Position numbers and translations under genes: made by a program
The notes under the pieces: generated by a model
Database searches by the model: none
What the model saw: the letters and a program-made list of their open reading frames with translations, nothing else
What the model was told of the DNA's origin: nothing
Source: Candidatus Kapaibacterium sp.
GTDB lineage: Bacteria > Bacteroidota > Ignavibacteria > Kapaibacteriales > UBA2268
Direction of reading: 5' to 3'
Assembly: GCA_963665665.1 (NCBI GenBank)
Contig: OY762428.1
Span: forward strand, 1,632,001-1,696,000
DNA length: 64,000 nucleotides
Shown here: piece after piece, positions 1-9,491 of the stretch
Position numbering within the stretch: the first letter of the stretch is position 1
Layout: each line of letters begins with the position of its first letter

Positions 1-53
1 TACGATCCTGAAGCAAAATAGGTTGAATTCCCAATATCGCAGTAATTTCTAAG

Positions 54-83
54 AATACCCCGGAAACTAACCGGGGTATTTTT
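54..83. terminator. Intrinsic terminator-like hairpin
   Basis: AATACCCCGG-aaactaa-CCGGGGTATT followed by a T-run. Confidence 0.55.
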
Positions 84-221
84 ATACTATATGATTGCCT
101 GAATCGGGGAAGACGTGCAATTACCAAGCTCTGCTAAATAGTTATGGCTTCATCATAATCATCCAAAAACTTTTTCCGAAAGTACAGAAACAATTATCAG
201 CTCGCATATATTTCATGGGAA

Positions 222-2870
222 TTAATTCACCGGAAACCAATATGATATTTTTAAGGCAAAACTATTATAGCCCTGCGCGGCAAAACTTTCAAGCAAAGAA
301 GCAGGTGCAGATGTCCTTGTTTCATTATAATAATCAGACCTGTTTTGCTGCCATACAAGATAGAGGGTGCTCCCCGGCAGCCATTCCCACCTTAAAACAA
401 AATTGCTCCGAAGTGAAATGTATTCAAAATCTCTGTATCTTAGCGTAAACTCCTTTTCACCGTCTTGCACAGTATATGATCTGTCATCATTCCTTACTAT
501 CGTCGTTCCGTCAGTTCCGTATTCCCTGCGGACAACAGAACCGGCTGAAGGAAGTTCCCAGAACCTGAAATAATTTCCACTTGTTGCAAAAGGCTCAGCA
601 TATAGTTCCACTGTAAGATCCGGAGTAAAAGCATAATTTATTCTTACAGGCAGCCTTAGTGTATTTAACTCCGTAAAAGAAAAAATATATCTTTTGCCGA
701 AAGTTGATTCGCTGCCATTATCCAAAGTATTAATATACTGCCTGGGATTTGTTTCATAAATATATGCCGGTGAGATTGTTACATCCAGCCTGCCGGCCAT
801 TCGAACCGTTATATCCCCTGATAGGTAAAGAACTTCCTTTCCGGATTCATCCCAATTGTAATATGAATCAAATCCGTAAACATGATTTTGGGAATAGTCA
901 GTTGAAAATCCGAAATCAACCCCTGTTGCTGCAGCTAATCCAATTATCGGCCCTCCGCGTGTAAGGGCATCATCCTTACCCTGGAATCTGTGCCATCCAT
1001 TCAGGTAGAATGAATTTCTGGAAAGAAATGTAAAATTTGATAGCAGAGTAATTGTATTTGTCAGGTTCACTCCTCCGAAATTCATTTTGTTGTCAGTGTG
1101 CAGGCGTGCATTCCAACTATAAAATATCATTCCCGGAACAGTTTCCCTGTACTGGATATTTGTCCAGTAGTTAATATCATCAGCAGATTGTAGCTGGCCA
1201 ATATCATTAAGTTCAAATTCAGGCGATTCAACCCAGAAACCTGCGCTGCCCAGCCAATGATCGCCGGCATTTTTATTAACTTCAAGCGAGGCAGCATAAC
1301 CGCTTAGTGATGTCCTGTTAGAATCAACAGTTACATGATTGGCATCGGGACGCTGAAAGTAGTGAGCAGGTGACAATTGAGTATTAAGAATAGAATTCTT
1401 TGAGCCTTTCACATGGCTGAAACCGGCAAATCCTACAATATTGTATGCACCGTTATCAAAACGGATATTCCAGTCAAGGCCTCCTGTATATGCATTTCTT
1501 CTTAATATTTCATCAAGATATGACCCTTCTGTCATATCCCGGTGTACTCCTGTCAGCGTTATACCCAAGGTTGAAGCATCCCTGCCAAACTCCTGCTGCA
1601 AGCGCAATACATTATAACTTGCAAGTGGTTCCACCCTTTTTTCTTCAGTTTTTTTATCAATTGAATGGTATAGCTCCGCATACTCCTCAGATGTTAATGA
1701 AGTTAATGCCCCAATAGAAAGCCCGGAAAATGTTCGTCCGGTTATTTTTGCAGCTCCGAGAATTTGTGAATTGTCAGGCCTGTCTATATAATCAGCCTCA
1801 GGAGAGCCTTTCGGGGGGGCGCCAATCCTGCGGGAATAGAAATACCCGGGCCCTCCGCCGGATAAAAGTTGAGCCCCTTCGGTAAAGAATGGCCGCTTTT
1901 CACTGAAAAATGTTTCATAAGCGCTAAGATTAACTTCGGCAGGGTCTGCTTCAACCTGCCCGAAATCAGGATTTATCGTTGCATCAAGTGTGATGTTTGG
2001 CCCAAGCCCCATTTTGAAATCAATACCGGCTCTTCCGTTCAGGGCAGTTTCTTCGGCAAAAGGATCATTTCTGTCAATATTAGGATTTACTACAGCACTC
2101 CCGGCAACATAAGGCATAAGTTCCATTCTTGATGAAGGCTTAATACCTTTTATACCAATAAGCTGCCCCATCCTGGACGACCAGCCGGTTTCGCTTTTCG
2201 GTATCACAATCCAATAATTATCCTCTTTGTATGCCGGAACATACCAGTTCATATTCAGCCCCCATGTCTGAATCTTTGTATCATTAAACCTAAGCTGGGA
2301 AAAAGGTATTTTCATCTCGGCTGTCCAGCCATTATCCGTAATATTGGTTTTCCCGTACCAGACAGGATTGAAGGAGTAATCACGGCTGTACTCGCTATCC
2401 TGTGAGTGATAATAATCAAATCTTACAGCCGATGCCGTTAGGCCGAAAGTATAGGCAGTACGTTTATCATTATAAGTGTCAAGGGAAATAATTATCCGTT
2501 CCGAATTTCCGGATTTGTCTCTTCGCGAAGTAGTATATCGGATATTTTCTTTTTTATCCCTTTTGATATCGACGGCAATAAAAAAATTATTCTCATCATA
2601 AGCAAACATCACTTTGATAGGGAATTCTGTTTTTCCTCCTTCAACCGGGTCTTTTTGCAGGAAATCAGTTACTACACCGGCTTTATTCCAAATTTCCTCA
2701 TCCAAAATACCGTCAATCTCAATCTCACTGTCTTCAATAAAATAAGCTCTGGCTGTTTTATCATCATTTGAATCCGAAGAATACAGATTATGATTTTGCC
2801 CCGCGATTATTAATAATATTACAAACGTGAAATAATTTAATTGCCTTTTTATCCCTGCCCCTGTTCTCAT
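222..2870 (-). CDS. DUF5916 / CBM9-like domain outer-membrane protein
   Basis: 882 aa with signal peptide; N-terminal IDGILDEEIW...GWTAEMKIPFSQLRF (CBM9-like); NPDFGQVEAD and FFSEKRPFF motifs; C-terminal KISYWF beta-signal-like end. Confidence 0.8.
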   Translation of the reverse strand: MRTGAGIKRQLNYFTFVILLIIAGQNHNLYSSDSNDDKTARAYFIEDSEIEIDGILDEEIWNKAGVVTDFLQKDPVEGGKTEFPIKVMFAYDENNFFIAVDIKRDKKENIRYTTSRRDKSGNSERIIISLDTYNDKRTAYTFGLTASAVRFDYYHSQDSEYSRDYSFNPVWYGKTNITDNGWTAEMKIPFSQLRFNDTKIQTWGLNMNWYVPAYKEDNYWIVIPKSETGWSSRMGQLIGIKGIKPSSRMELMPYVAGSAVVNPNIDRNDPFAEETALNGRAGIDFKMGLGPNITLDATINPDFGQVEADPAEVNLSAYETFFSEKRPFFTEGAQLLSGGGPGYFYSRRIGAPPKGSPEADYIDRPDNSQILGAAKITGRTFSGLSIGALTSLTSEEYAELYHSIDKKTEEKRVEPLASYNVLRLQQEFGRDASTLGITLTGVHRDMTEGSYLDEILRRNAYTGGLDWNIRFDNGAYNIVGFAGFSHVKGSKNSILNTQLSPAHYFQRPDANHVTVDSNRTSLSGYAASLEVNKNAGDHWLGSAGFWVESPEFELNDIGQLQSADDINYWTNIQYRETVPGMIFYSWNARLHTDNKMNFGGVNLTNTITLLSNFTFLSRNSFYLNGWHRFQGKDDALTRGGPIIGLAAATGVDFGFSTDYSQNHVYGFDSYYNWDESGKEVLYLSGDITVRMAGRLDVTISPAYIYETNPRQYINTLDNGSESTFGKRYIFSFTELNTLRLPVRINYAFTPDLTVELYAEPFATSGNYFRFWELPSAGSVVRREYGTDGTTIVRNDDRSYTVQDGEKEFTLRYRDFEYISLRSNFVLRWEWLPGSTLYLVWQQNRSDYYNETRTSAPASLLESFAAQGYNSFALKISYWFPVN

Positions 2871-3039
2871 TCTCTCTTCTTACTATTTATCCATCAATCA
2901 ATCCTGCAATATACAAGGATGCTTTTTGTTATCAAAAAGTTACAATGAATATATTGGGCTTTTATTTTGTTCATAAAATATTTTCAGCTATTCAAACGTA
3001 GATAAGTCTAAGATAATTTATTATTTCGGATAGTCTAAT

Positions 3040-3870
3040 ATGAAAGTTTTTTTTAATTTAATACTTGTGTCTATATTTATACCTTCGCTGATTATTGCAA
3101 AGGAAGAACAAAAAAAAACCGATGTTGATTTTAAGATCATTCCGGAGAGAACTTCATACATGCCGGGAGATACGATCAGAACTGCCGTTCCTTTCAATAT
3201 AGAGGAAGAATGGCATATTTATTGGGAAAACCCCGGAGATGCAGGAATACCCAGCAGCATTGAATTTGATTTACCAAAAGGAGTTGAACTCATTTCAACG
3301 GAATGGCCGGCTCCGGCAATACTGAAATACTCGATTTTTGCAAATTTTATATTCGAGAGCAGAGTTACTGTTAGATATAGTTTCCTGATTGGCCGGGACT
3401 ACAAAGGCGGCAACTTTTTAATTAAGGGGAATGGTAAATGGCTTGTTTGCAAGGAAAAATGTATTCCGGGAAAAGGCCGCGATTCAACCATTATTGTAAT
3501 CGGAAAAAACAGCAGTGATAATCCTGATTACCAAAAAGCATTCGATTCCCTGCCATATAAGTTTCCGGAAGATGATGGAATCAATATTGAATTAGATAAT
3601 ATAAAAAATCACGAGTTGGTTCTAACTATATCAAACCCGGAAACAGAAATCAGTAAAGCATACTTCTTTCCCCGGTCAGATGACTTATTTGCCCATGCTG
3701 CCGAACAGATAACTGAAAAACTTGGTTCGAAATATATACACAGGATAAAATTTGAAAAGCATATAAAAAAATACCCTGAATCAATAAGCGGTATATTTGG
3801 ATTTGTAACGGAAAATGGAAAAAGATTGTACTACAATGTTGATGTTAAATACAAACAGGAAAAACAATGA
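3040..3870 (+). CDS. DsbD N-terminal (DsbD-alpha) domain protein
   Basis: Signal peptide; WHIYWENPGDAG and LVCKEKCIP motifs; no transmembrane DsbD core. Confidence 0.8.
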   Translation: MKVFFNLILVSIFIPSLIIAKEEQKKTDVDFKIIPERTSYMPGDTIRTAVPFNIEEEWHIYWENPGDAGIPSSIEFDLPKGVELISTEWPAPAILKYSIFANFIFESRVTVRYSFLIGRDYKGGNFLIKGNGKWLVCKEKCIPGKGRDSTIIVIGKNSSDNPDYQKAFDSLPYKFPEDDGINIELDNIKNHELVLTISNPETEISKAYFFPRSDDLFAHAAEQITEKLGSKYIHRIKFEKHIKKYPESISGIFGFVTENGKRLYYNVDVKYKQEKQ

Positions 3871-4463
3871 TATTAAAATACTTAGCAACTTTTACAATTG
3901 GTCTGGCAATGATATTTTCAATTGCCATGGCAAGTGAGAAAGAAGATTTTACTTTGAAAGACCACAAGGGCAACAGCCATAACCTGTCTGACTTCAGGGG
4001 AAAATGGGTTGTGCTTGAATGGATAAACTTTGGATGCCCCTTTGTTAAAAAGCACTACGACAGTGACAATATGCAGAGTCTTCAGAAGAAATACACCGGC
4101 AAAGATGTAGTCTGGCTTTCGATTTGTTCATCTGCGCCCGGCAAGCAGGGATACTTCGAAAACCATCGGCTTACTGACATTCTGAAGAAACACAAATTTG
4201 CCGGCACTGCATATCTGATAGACAGCGATGGAAAAGTAGGTAAGCAATTCGGAGCTAAAACCACCCCCCAAATGGTAATAATAAATCCTGAAGGAGAAGT
4301 TGTTTATAACGGAGCTATTGATGATACTCCTTCAACTGACCAGGACGATATTAAAGATTCAAAGAATTATGTAAGCCATGTACTTGATGAAGTAATGTCA
4401 GGCAAAAAGGCACCGCTGGATTATACCAAGCCCTACGGGTGCTCTGTAAAATATTCTGATTAG
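3867..4463 (+). CDS. Thioredoxin/redoxin (AhpC-TSA-like) family protein
   Basis: DFTLKD...LSDFRGKWVVLEWINFGCPFV, GAKTTP, YNGAIDD and YGCSVKY motifs; ATGA overlap with the upstream gene. Confidence 0.85.
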   Translation: MILKYLATFTIGLAMIFSIAMASEKEDFTLKDHKGNSHNLSDFRGKWVVLEWINFGCPFVKKHYDSDNMQSLQKKYTGKDVVWLSICSSAPGKQGYFENHRLTDILKKHKFAGTAYLIDSDGKVGKQFGAKTTPQMVIINPEGEVVYNGAIDDTPSTDQDDIKDSKNYVSHVLDEVMSGKKAPLDYTKPYGCSVKYSD

Positions 4464-4489
4464 AATTATTACCTGACAGGCTTTTTTCT

Positions 4490-4651
4490 TCTCCTTCCCA
4501 AGCCCCGCCTGGGAAGGAGTTCCTATATCCCCCGCCGGCCCCGACAAATTCCGGAAAAATTCCCCTCGTTGAGGGGTGGCCGAAGGGCGGGGTAGTTTTA
4601 TTTCTTTCAGATGCTATATCTCTATCCACGCGCTAAAGCACGTGGCTATTG
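4490..4651. repeat. Cluster of REP-like palindromes
   Basis: CTCCTTCCCA..TGGGAAGGAG; TCCCCTCGTTGAGGGG-TGGCCGAAGGGCGGGGTAG; CCACGCGCTAAAGCACGTGG. Confidence 0.6.
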
Positions 4652-4676
4652 AATTTTACGATGATAAGGCCGGAAG

Positions 4677-4790
4677 GTCATTCTGAGCGCCAGCGAAGAA
4701 TCCATTCTTAATGCATTATCTAACTAAAGAAGATGGATTCTTCGGTCGCTTCGCTCCTGAAGCCTGCCCCGACGTGTCGGGGAATGACAA
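4677..4790. repeat. REP/RPE-like inverted pair (GTCATTCTGAGC...GAAGAATC family) with nested CCCCGACGTGTCGGGG palindrome
   Basis: GTCATTCTGAGCGCCAGCGAAGAATCC...GGATTCTTCGGTCGCTTCGCTCC...GGAATGAC; near-identical inverted copy at 17761-17816. Confidence 0.75.
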
Positions 4791-4969
4791 CATAATACCT
4801 CCTTCTCCGGCCCTTACTCCCCGTTCTTCCACCCCAATGAACCAAGCACCGGACTTAATTCCCCATCCTGTGGTATCAATGAATCGAATAATTTCCTTAA
4901 TTCAATGCTGTTTTTAATCAAAACCCTGATGTTGGGGCTAATCGCTTTGTTGTCGGAGCTTTAAACTGT

Positions 4970-5445
4970 CTTGTTCCGCTACATTGTACGCTTGTTTGGC
5001 CTTATTGTAGTGAAATTTGGCTTCATTGCTTGCTTGGTCCGCCCTACTGATGTCTTGTTCCGCTTCATTGCTTGCTTGTTCCGCTTCATTGCTTGCTTGT
5101 TCCGCTTCATTGCTCACTTGTTCTACTTCATTGCTCACTTGTTCCGCTTCATTACTCACTTGTTCCGCTTCATTGTACGCTTGTCCGGCCTTATTGATGC
5201 CTTGTTCCGCCTCAATGTATGCTTGTTCCACTTCATTGCTCACTTGTTCCACTTCATTGCTTGCTTGTTCTACTTCATTGCTCGCTTGTTCCGCTTCATT
5301 GTACGCTTGTCCTGCTTCATTGCTCACTTGTTCTACTTCATTGCTCACTTGTTCCGCTTCATTGCTTGCTTGTTCCGCTTCATTGCTGTCTTGTTCTGCC
5401 TTATTGCTCACTTGTTCCGCCTCAATGTATGCTTGTTTGGCATTG
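4970..5445. repeat. Tandem array of ~22 copies of a 21-bp unit (consensus CTTGTTCCGCTTCATTGCTYR)
   Basis: Units start every 21 nt from 4970 to 5432 with no indels. Confidence 0.95.
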
Positions 5446-5474
5446 AAATTCCAAAGGTAGAAATGAGAATAGTC

Positions 5475-5990
5475 TATAGATAGAACTTATAATTAAATTT
5501 TCAATCAAAAATATTAAATATTATACTAATTCTAACAAATATATAGTATTTATAATATATTATATATAATATTCAAGCCTTGATATAGTTTATCTAACAA
5601 AACTTTTAATATGATTAACTAAATATTTTATACTTATAATTAAATTATCAGTATAATTTATTAATTTTTTTTTATGAATTATTAAATATCAATTCTAAAC
5701 TATTAATTAATCAGTATAGCTAATTTATTAGGACAATTAAATATATACTTGGATACATAATTAATTTTATAATAAGAGAATAATAAATAATAAAATGTAG
5801 TGATTAATGTCTTGTATGAATTATTTATTTGATTAGTTATATTATTAATATTGTAATTCTATATGATTATTTAATAATTCTATAAAAATATTTACTACAA
5901 ATACTTAAATATTTACTAATTCTTATGATATATTTTATAATTCAGGTATTGTAAATAATTCAATAAGTTAAATAATTTGGATTCCAATGC
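5475..5990. other. Extremely AT-rich non-coding spacer (roughly 85% AT or more by inspection)
   Basis: For example only 8 G/C in 5521-5580; no credible ORF. Confidence 0.85.
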
Positions 5991-5994
5991 TACA

Positions 5995-6582
5995 CAAGCA
6001 ATCATTACTCCAAAACAAGGTTGCAATTCCTCTGACCCCTCCCAAACCCTCCCCGAAGGAGAGGGCTTTGAAGAAGAATAAGGCATCAATGCCCTCGAAC
6101 AACGGTATTTTACCTCCAACCAAGGTTGCAATGACTTAGAACATCGGTGCTTTACTTCGGCACAAGGTTGCAATGACTTAGTACATCGGTGTTTTACTTC
6201 GGCACAAGGCAGCAATGACTTAGAACATCGGTGCTTTACTTCGGCACAAGGCAGCAATGACTTAGTACATCGGTGTTTTACTTCGGCACAAGGCAGCAAT
6301 GGCTTAGAACATCGGTGTTTTACTTCGGCACAAGGTTGCAATGGCTTAGTACATCGGTACATTGCTTTCGACACTTCCTACCTCCCCCCGCCCCCCTCCT
6401 TCAAAAGGAGGGGGAGTTAATTCTATGATATTTAACTTCTTATCCCCTCCTAAAGTAGGAGGGGAATACAGGGGTGGTTTTCTTGTTTTACTTCGGCACA
6501 AGGCGGTAATGGCATAGAACATCGGTGCTTTACTTCGGCACAAGGCAGCAATGACTTAGTACATCGGTGCTTTGCCTCCGCC
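5995..6582. repeat. Tandem array of 42-bp (2x21) units CAAGGYWGCAATGRCTTAGWACATCGGTGYTTTACTTCGGCA, interrupted by palindromes
   Basis: Units at 6121, 6163, 6205, 6247, 6289, 6331, 6499, 6541; degenerate 21-mers at 5995, 6016, 6079, 6100. Confidence 0.95.
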
Positions 6583-6700
6583 CCTTCATACCTACCCACG
6601 GCTCCTCATTCATAAGGAGGGGAAGTTAATTCTTTGATATTTAATTTCTTATAACCTCCTTGGGTCGGAGGGGGGGCGAAGGACGGGGGTGGTTTTCTTA
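6373..6700. repeat. Two copies (210 bp apart) of a CCCCTCC...GGAGGGG double-palindrome REP-like block
   Basis: 6373-6484 and 6583-6699 share CCTC.TTCA.AAGGAGGGG..GTTAATTCT.TGATATTTAA.TTCTTAT..CCTCC...GGAGGGG...GGGGTGGTTTTCTT; related palindromes at 6037-6068 and 33228-33262. Confidence 0.75.
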
Positions 6701-6888
6701 ATACATTATCTGCTAAAGAAGATGGATTCCTGGCTGCTCTCAGTTGAAGATCCCGGCCTGTCGGGAAATAAGTACTTTTCTAACTTCCAAGACAGCCACA
6801 TAGCATATTCACATAAATTTATAATAATTAAGATTCAGATATTTCAGAATGATTCTTAAATCAATACCCCTATACAAGTTTATTTATT

Positions 6889-6920
6889 AAAAAAGGGAGC
6901 TATATTAGCTCCCTTTTTTT
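6889..6920. terminator. Bidirectional intrinsic terminator
   Basis: AAAAAAGGGAGCTA-tat-TAGCTCCCTTTTTTT. Confidence 0.8.
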
Positions 6921-6939
6921 CAAACATTGTATATAATTC

Positions 6940-7497
6940 TTAGTTCAGGAACCATTCGATACCAATGAAACCGCCTGCAATACCTGCAATTACTTTTGAA
7001 GGATCGAACTGGAAATCAAGAACCCTTACACCGCCGTAAACACCAACGCTGGAATAGGGGAACCATTCGCCGCCAATGCTGGCAGCAAGGCCGGTTGTTG
7101 ATTCCATGTGTGATGTAGTTAAATTCTGATCAATAGGATCGTACTCTGAAACCGTTTGTGAAGAAACTTCGAACTGGAACATTGCAAATGGCCTGAGATT
7201 ACGAATCGGCTCCATGAAAAACCATTTTGCTGTAGGTGCAAAATAAATCTCTGTTTTGCTGTCTTCATTGTCTGCGCCTGTATCAAACTTCAGGCCTACA
7301 TAAGCGCCAAGGTGAAGGTTTTCCTGGATGGCATAGGTGAACTGTCCGCCAAGATTACCCACAGAACCAAGAGCAACACCAATGCCCATTACGTCTTTAG
7401 GCACTTTTGATGTTTTTTTCTGGGCATCTGCTGCCGCAAATGAACCGATAAAAATTGCTGCTATCAATAAAACCTTTAGTATTTTAAGCTCTTTCAT
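6940..7497 (-). CDS. Small outer-membrane beta-barrel protein
   Basis: ATG at 7497 with GGAGG RBS; signal peptide ending ADA; alternating beta-strand pattern; C-terminal GIEWFLN. Confidence 0.65.
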   Translation of the reverse strand: MKELKILKVLLIAAIFIGSFAAADAQKKTSKVPKDVMGIGVALGSVGNLGGQFTYAIQENLHLGAYVGLKFDTGADNEDSKTEIYFAPTAKWFFMEPIRNLRPFAMFQFEVSSQTVSEYDPIDQNLTTSHMESTTGLAASIGGEWFPYSSVGVYGGVRVLDFQFDPSKVIAGIAGGFIGIEWFLN

Positions 7498-7745
7498 AAA
7501 CCCTCCGAACAAATTTGTAATTGAAATATAACATTAGAAAAAAAAAATTTTCAATCTGATAATGACAATATATAACAATTAGAAATTTATTCAAAAAACA
7601 ATATGAAAAATTGTTTCCCTTAATTAGTTGAGTTGAGAAGGATGTAATAATATATGTTCAAATTTCAAGGTTTTTGCAGGATTTGCATCAGCAATTGTTA
7701 TATTTACAAATATTGAGACTGAATATTTTTATAATATAAGAGATA

Positions 7746-9491
7746 ATGAAGAGATTAAGAATAACATCAATAACTGACCGGCTTGTTCTGTATTATGTGA
7801 TTCTTGGAATTAGCTCACTGGCAATCATCGGCTATTTATCGTTCTATATTTCAAAAAATGCCCTGCTTGAAAGAACTTTCGACCAGTTAACATCAGTCAG
7901 GGTGGTAAAAAAGGATCAGATAGAAAGCTGGTTTGCAGAAAGAATGAATGAGATGAAATTCCTTAAAACCGTAATGGATAGCAAAACAGGATGTGATGCA
8001 ATTATTTCGGGATCTACCGGCGTGGTGGATAAATTCCTTGCCACAAACAAACATTACCAGAATGCATATATACTGGATGCCGATAATAAATTAAAATCAA
8101 TAACTTCCGAAGGAAAGGTACTTGATTCAATTTATTCCCTTCAAATAATTGAAAAAATCAGGGAAAAATCCGGGAATATATCAGAATTTACTTTTATTGA
8201 TTTGAAAATCGACAGACCAACCATTTTCCTGTTTTCAGCAATAAGCGGAAAACCCGGCAGATATTTAATTTTCGAAATGAATTTTAAAGATATTAACAGG
8301 ATAATGCTGGACAATAATCCTGAAAACGGACTTGGTAATTCCGGTGAGTCTTATCTTGTCGGGGACGACCTGCTGATGAGAAGCGATTCAAGGTTTGTAG
8401 AAAATGCGCTTTACAGAATTGAAGTAGATACAAAAGGAGTACAAAGAGTTAAAGAAGGATTGTCAGGAACTGATATTTTTCCGGATTACAGGGGGATAGT
8501 GGTTCTAAGTTCATATTCTTCTTTGAATGTTAGCGGGCTGAACTGGATATTACTTGCAGAAATTGATAACAACGAAGTTGAACTTCCGATAATCAAAATC
8601 AGAAACACTATTATATTTTTTACCATCATTGTATCGATTTTTGTATTTATTTTTGTTTATATCCTTTCAAAGAGAATATCAAACCCGATAATAAACCTGA
8701 CACGAGCAGTAAAATCATTTGGAGAAACCGGCGATACTGAAAAGCTGGAAATCGATTCGAATGATGAAATCAGGCTGCTGACTGATTCTTTCGGAGAAAT
8801 GACATCACAACTGAAACAAAAAGAAAAGGAGTTGGAACAGGAAAGAATGCTGACTGTAACATCAGTGATTGATGCACAGGAAGAGGAAAGGGAAAGGCTG
8901 GCAAGAGAGCTTCACGACAGCCTTGGCCAGCGTTTTATTGCACTGAAACTAATGCTTGAGAATATCGAGCCCGGGAATCCGGAAAACAACATGGAACTTG
9001 TAAAAAAAGTTCAGGATGCAATTGATTCATCGGTGAATGAAATCAGGCAGATATCGAACAATCTGATGCCTGCTGCCCTGAAACAGTTTGGGCTTGTAAC
9101 TGCAATAAAAAATATTTGTACTGACCTGAATCAATTCAGTAATATCAAAGCTGTTTTCGAGCAGAATGGGAAATATAAAAATGAGAATAAAAAGATTACC
9201 ATATATGTTTACAGAATAGTTCAGGAAGCAATTAATAATATTGTTAAGCATTCCGGCGCTGATAAAGTAAATATTTACCTTGAAAATAAAGAAAATTCCC
9301 TTATACTTGTTATTGAAGACAATGGCCGTGGTTTTGATAACACAAGGCCAGGCAGAACAAGTGGCAACGGCCTGTATAATATCAAAGAAAGAGCAAGGCT
9401 TATAAATGCTGCCCTGGATATTGATTCGAATATTGACAAAGGAACGAAAATAACACTCAGGCTTTCATCAGGAGTCATAGAAAATGGATAA
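7746..9491 (+). CDS. Membrane sensor histidine kinase (Cache-like, HAMP, HisKA_3, HATPase)
   Basis: Two TM segments; ERERLARELHDSLGQ H-box; QEAINNIVKHS, IEDNGRGF and GNGLYNI boxes. Confidence 0.9.
   Translation: MKRLRITSITDRLVLYYVILGISSLAIIGYLSFYISKNALLERTFDQLTSVRVVKKDQIESWFAERMNEMKFLKTVMDSKTGCDAIISGSTGVVDKFLATNKHYQNAYILDADNKLKSITSEGKVLDSIYSLQIIEKIREKSGNISEFTFIDLKIDRPTIFLFSAISGKPGRYLIFEMNFKDINRIMLDNNPENGLGNSGESYLVGDDLLMRSDSRFVENALYRIEVDTKGVQRVKEGLSGTDIFPDYRGIVVLSSYSSLNVSGLNWILLAEIDNNEVELPIIKIRNTIIFFTIIVSIFVFIFVYILSKRISNPIINLTRAVKSFGETGDTEKLEIDSNDEIRLLTDSFGEMTSQLKQKEKELEQERMLTVTSVIDAQEEERERLARELHDSLGQRFIALKLMLENIEPGNPENNMELVKKVQDAIDSSVNEIRQISNNLMPAALKQFGLVTAIKNICTDLNQFSNIKAVFEQNGKYKNENKKITIYVYRIVQEAINNIVKHSGADKVNIYLENKENSLILVIEDNGRGFDNTRPGRTSGNGLYNIKERARLINAALDIDSNIDKGTKITLRLSSGVIENG

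Noticed and set aside
1-52. 3' end of an upstream plus-strand gene
   Set aside because: A terminator-like hairpin follows, but the fragment is too short to assign a frame or product.
4351-4917. ORFs 4351-4629 and 4711-4917 (also 17709-18053 and 33059-33274)
   Set aside because: They are translations of REP-like repeats; the shared ACPDVSGND peptide simply reflects the DNA repeat.
5475-5990. Chromosomal oriC
   Set aside because: No TTATCCACA DnaA boxes were seen and no dnaA, dnaN or gidA neighbours are present; kept only as a general hypothesis in the findings.
5916-6543. ORFs 5916-6374 and 6346-6543 (Cys-rich CAEVKHRC repeats) as real genes
   Set aside because: They are translations of the 42-bp repeat and palindromes, lack an RBS, and run into AT-rich or REP sequence.
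4970-6582. CRISPR or guide-RNA-type array
   Set aside because: Units are contiguous with no unique spacers, and no cas or other effector gene lies nearby.
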